From NCBI GenBank assembly GCA_945897435.1, contig CAMDFJ010000006.1, forward strand, positions 1-61,755: DNA of 61,755 nucleotides, in the 5' to 3' direction. Positions 60,635-61,755 of this stretch are shown piece after piece; the stretch's first letter is position 1, and each line of letters opens with the position of its first letter. The notes beneath the pieces are model-generated. The model was not told the origin of the DNA. It made no database searches and saw only the letters and a list, made by a program, of their open reading frames with translations. Source of the stretch: Candidatus Kuenenia stuttgartensis (GTDB taxonomy: Bacteria > Planctomycetota > Planctomycetia > Pirellulales > UBA1268). The position numbers and the translations under genes were made by a program.

Positions 60635-61755
60635 ATGGCCAGCCGTTCGAAGTCGTCCCACCGCCGCGACCGCGATTCCGATGCCGCGGATGCGATCAAA
60701 CCGCTGATCGTGCTCGGGCTGCTGGGAACCATCCTTTACGGCGCCTATTCCGTCGTCCAGAAAGGGCCGGCGACTCAGCCACCGGAGTGGCAGACCCCGG
60801 CTGCGAGTCAGGCCATGGCCGAGGGCGGCCTCGACAACGCACCACCCTTCGGTGCAGGACCCGCAGGCCCGCCAATCGTTGCCCCTCCCGCCGTCGAAGT
60901 TTCCGCCCCGCCCGCCGCCGGGCCGGTGGCGTTCACGCCGAATCCCGTCAGCGGACAGCCGGCCGGCCCCCAAGCCGTCGGTTCTGCCGGAATGACGGCT
61001 GCGGCCCGTCAACCACCAGCTGCCGCGATCCCGCAGCCCGACCTGCCGCTACAGCCCCCCACGATCCTGAATGCGCAATCGGCTCCACCTCCGGTCGCCG
61101 ATCCACCGGCGGCACTCGGAGCGACCGCAGCTCCACTGGCCGAACCCGTCGCAGCTCGAGGTTTTTTGGAGCATGGACTTGCTCATGGTCTGGCAGCCGC
61201 CCCCTCCGCCTCTCCCGCCGGGCTCTCCGCGGCGCCGGTCGGGCCGCCCGCGGCGACCGCCTCTGCCGAGGGTGCTCCGGCCACCGCCGCGTTTGCGACG
61301 AGCTGGGCCGAGGCTCACGACAAATTGGCCGCCGGCCGGTTCGCCGAGGCGCTCGCCACGCTCTCGACCTGGCAGGACGATCCCTCACTCGGACTCGAGG
61401 AGAGCCAGCGTCTCGACGACCTGCTCAGCCAGCTCGCAGGCTCGGTGATCTATTCGCAGCAGGATCTCCTGCTTCCACCCCATATCGTGGCCCCCGGCGA
61501 CACGCTCCAGTCGATCGCCGCCCAGCTGGGCGTGCCCTGGCAGCTGCTCGCCAAGATCAATGGCGTCGACGATCCTGAGCGACTGATCCCTGGCGAGCAC
61601 CTCAAGGTGCTCCGCGGACCGTTCGACGCGGTTGTCAGCGTTTCCCGGCGGCGACTCAGCCTGCAGGTCGGCGGCAACTATGCGGGCAGTTTTCCGGTGG
61701 TGATCGGCCGACAGATTCAGGAACGCGTCGGATCCTCCCTGGCGGTCGTCGACGT
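60635..61755 (+). CDS. Membrane-anchored LysM / L,D-transpeptidase (YkuD)-like protein, 3'-truncated; absent from the ORF track
   Basis: Own translation of the ends: MASRSK..KPLIVLGLLGTILYGAYSVV TM, Pro/Ala linker, in-frame LysM HIVAPGDTLQSIAAQLGVPWQLLAKINGV at 61481, then FDAVVSVSRRRLSL..YAGSFPVVIG. Confidence 0.85.
   Translation, partial: MASRSKSSHRRDRDSDAADAIKPLIVLGLLGTILYGAYSVVQKGPATQPPEWQTPAASQAMAEGGLDNAPPFGAGPAGPPIVAPPAVEVSAPPAAGPVAFTPNPVSGQPAGPQAVGSAGMTAAARQPPAAAIPQPDLPLQPPTILNAQSAPPPVADPPAALGATAAPLAEPVAARGFLEHGLAHGLAAAPSASPAGLSAAPVGPPAATASAEGAPATAAFATSWAEAHDKLAAGRFAEALATLSTWQDDPSLGLEESQRLDDLLSQLAGSVIYSQQDLLLPPHIVAPGDTLQSIAAQLGVPWQLLAKINGVDDPERLIPGEHLKVLRGPFDAVVSVSRRRLSLQVGGNYAGSFPVVIGRQIQERVGSSLAVVD

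Overview
GC-rich bacterial chromosomal segment, most consistent with a Planctomycetota (Pirellulales-like) genome. This assignment is an inference from DUF1501, DUF1207/BBP7-type beta-barrels, a stand-alone large secretin and rpsF-ssb-rplI without rpsR. It is mostly core genome, about 51 CDS: glmU-like/prs/rplY/pth/rpsF/ssb/rplI/dnaB, tsaD, a sugar ABC operon, aas-like ligase, leuS, two different glgC paralogs, a family-4 UDG, a DEAD-box helicase, sdhCAB, a PAS/GAF-REC regulator, a secretin, pstSCAB-phoU, putA, rpe/accD, folC, an S41 protease and a LysM-YkuD protein cut by the right edge. I found no rRNA, tRNA, CRISPR array, transposase or prophage. The most notable non-coding signal is a dispersed mosaic palindromic element. 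It consists of a GTGG-headed REP-like hairpin (3 copies) plus two other hairpins whose copies at ~10.1 kb and ~40.4 kb differ by compensatory base-pair changes and start just after stop codons. Secondary signals are a recurrent TAnnnT -10 box placed for leaderless translation (including a 20-codon uORF before the DEAD-box helicase), two apparent pseudo-enzymes, and a lipoprotein ORF overlapping glgC antisense by 417 nt. All family calls come from motif recognition by eye; no searches were run.
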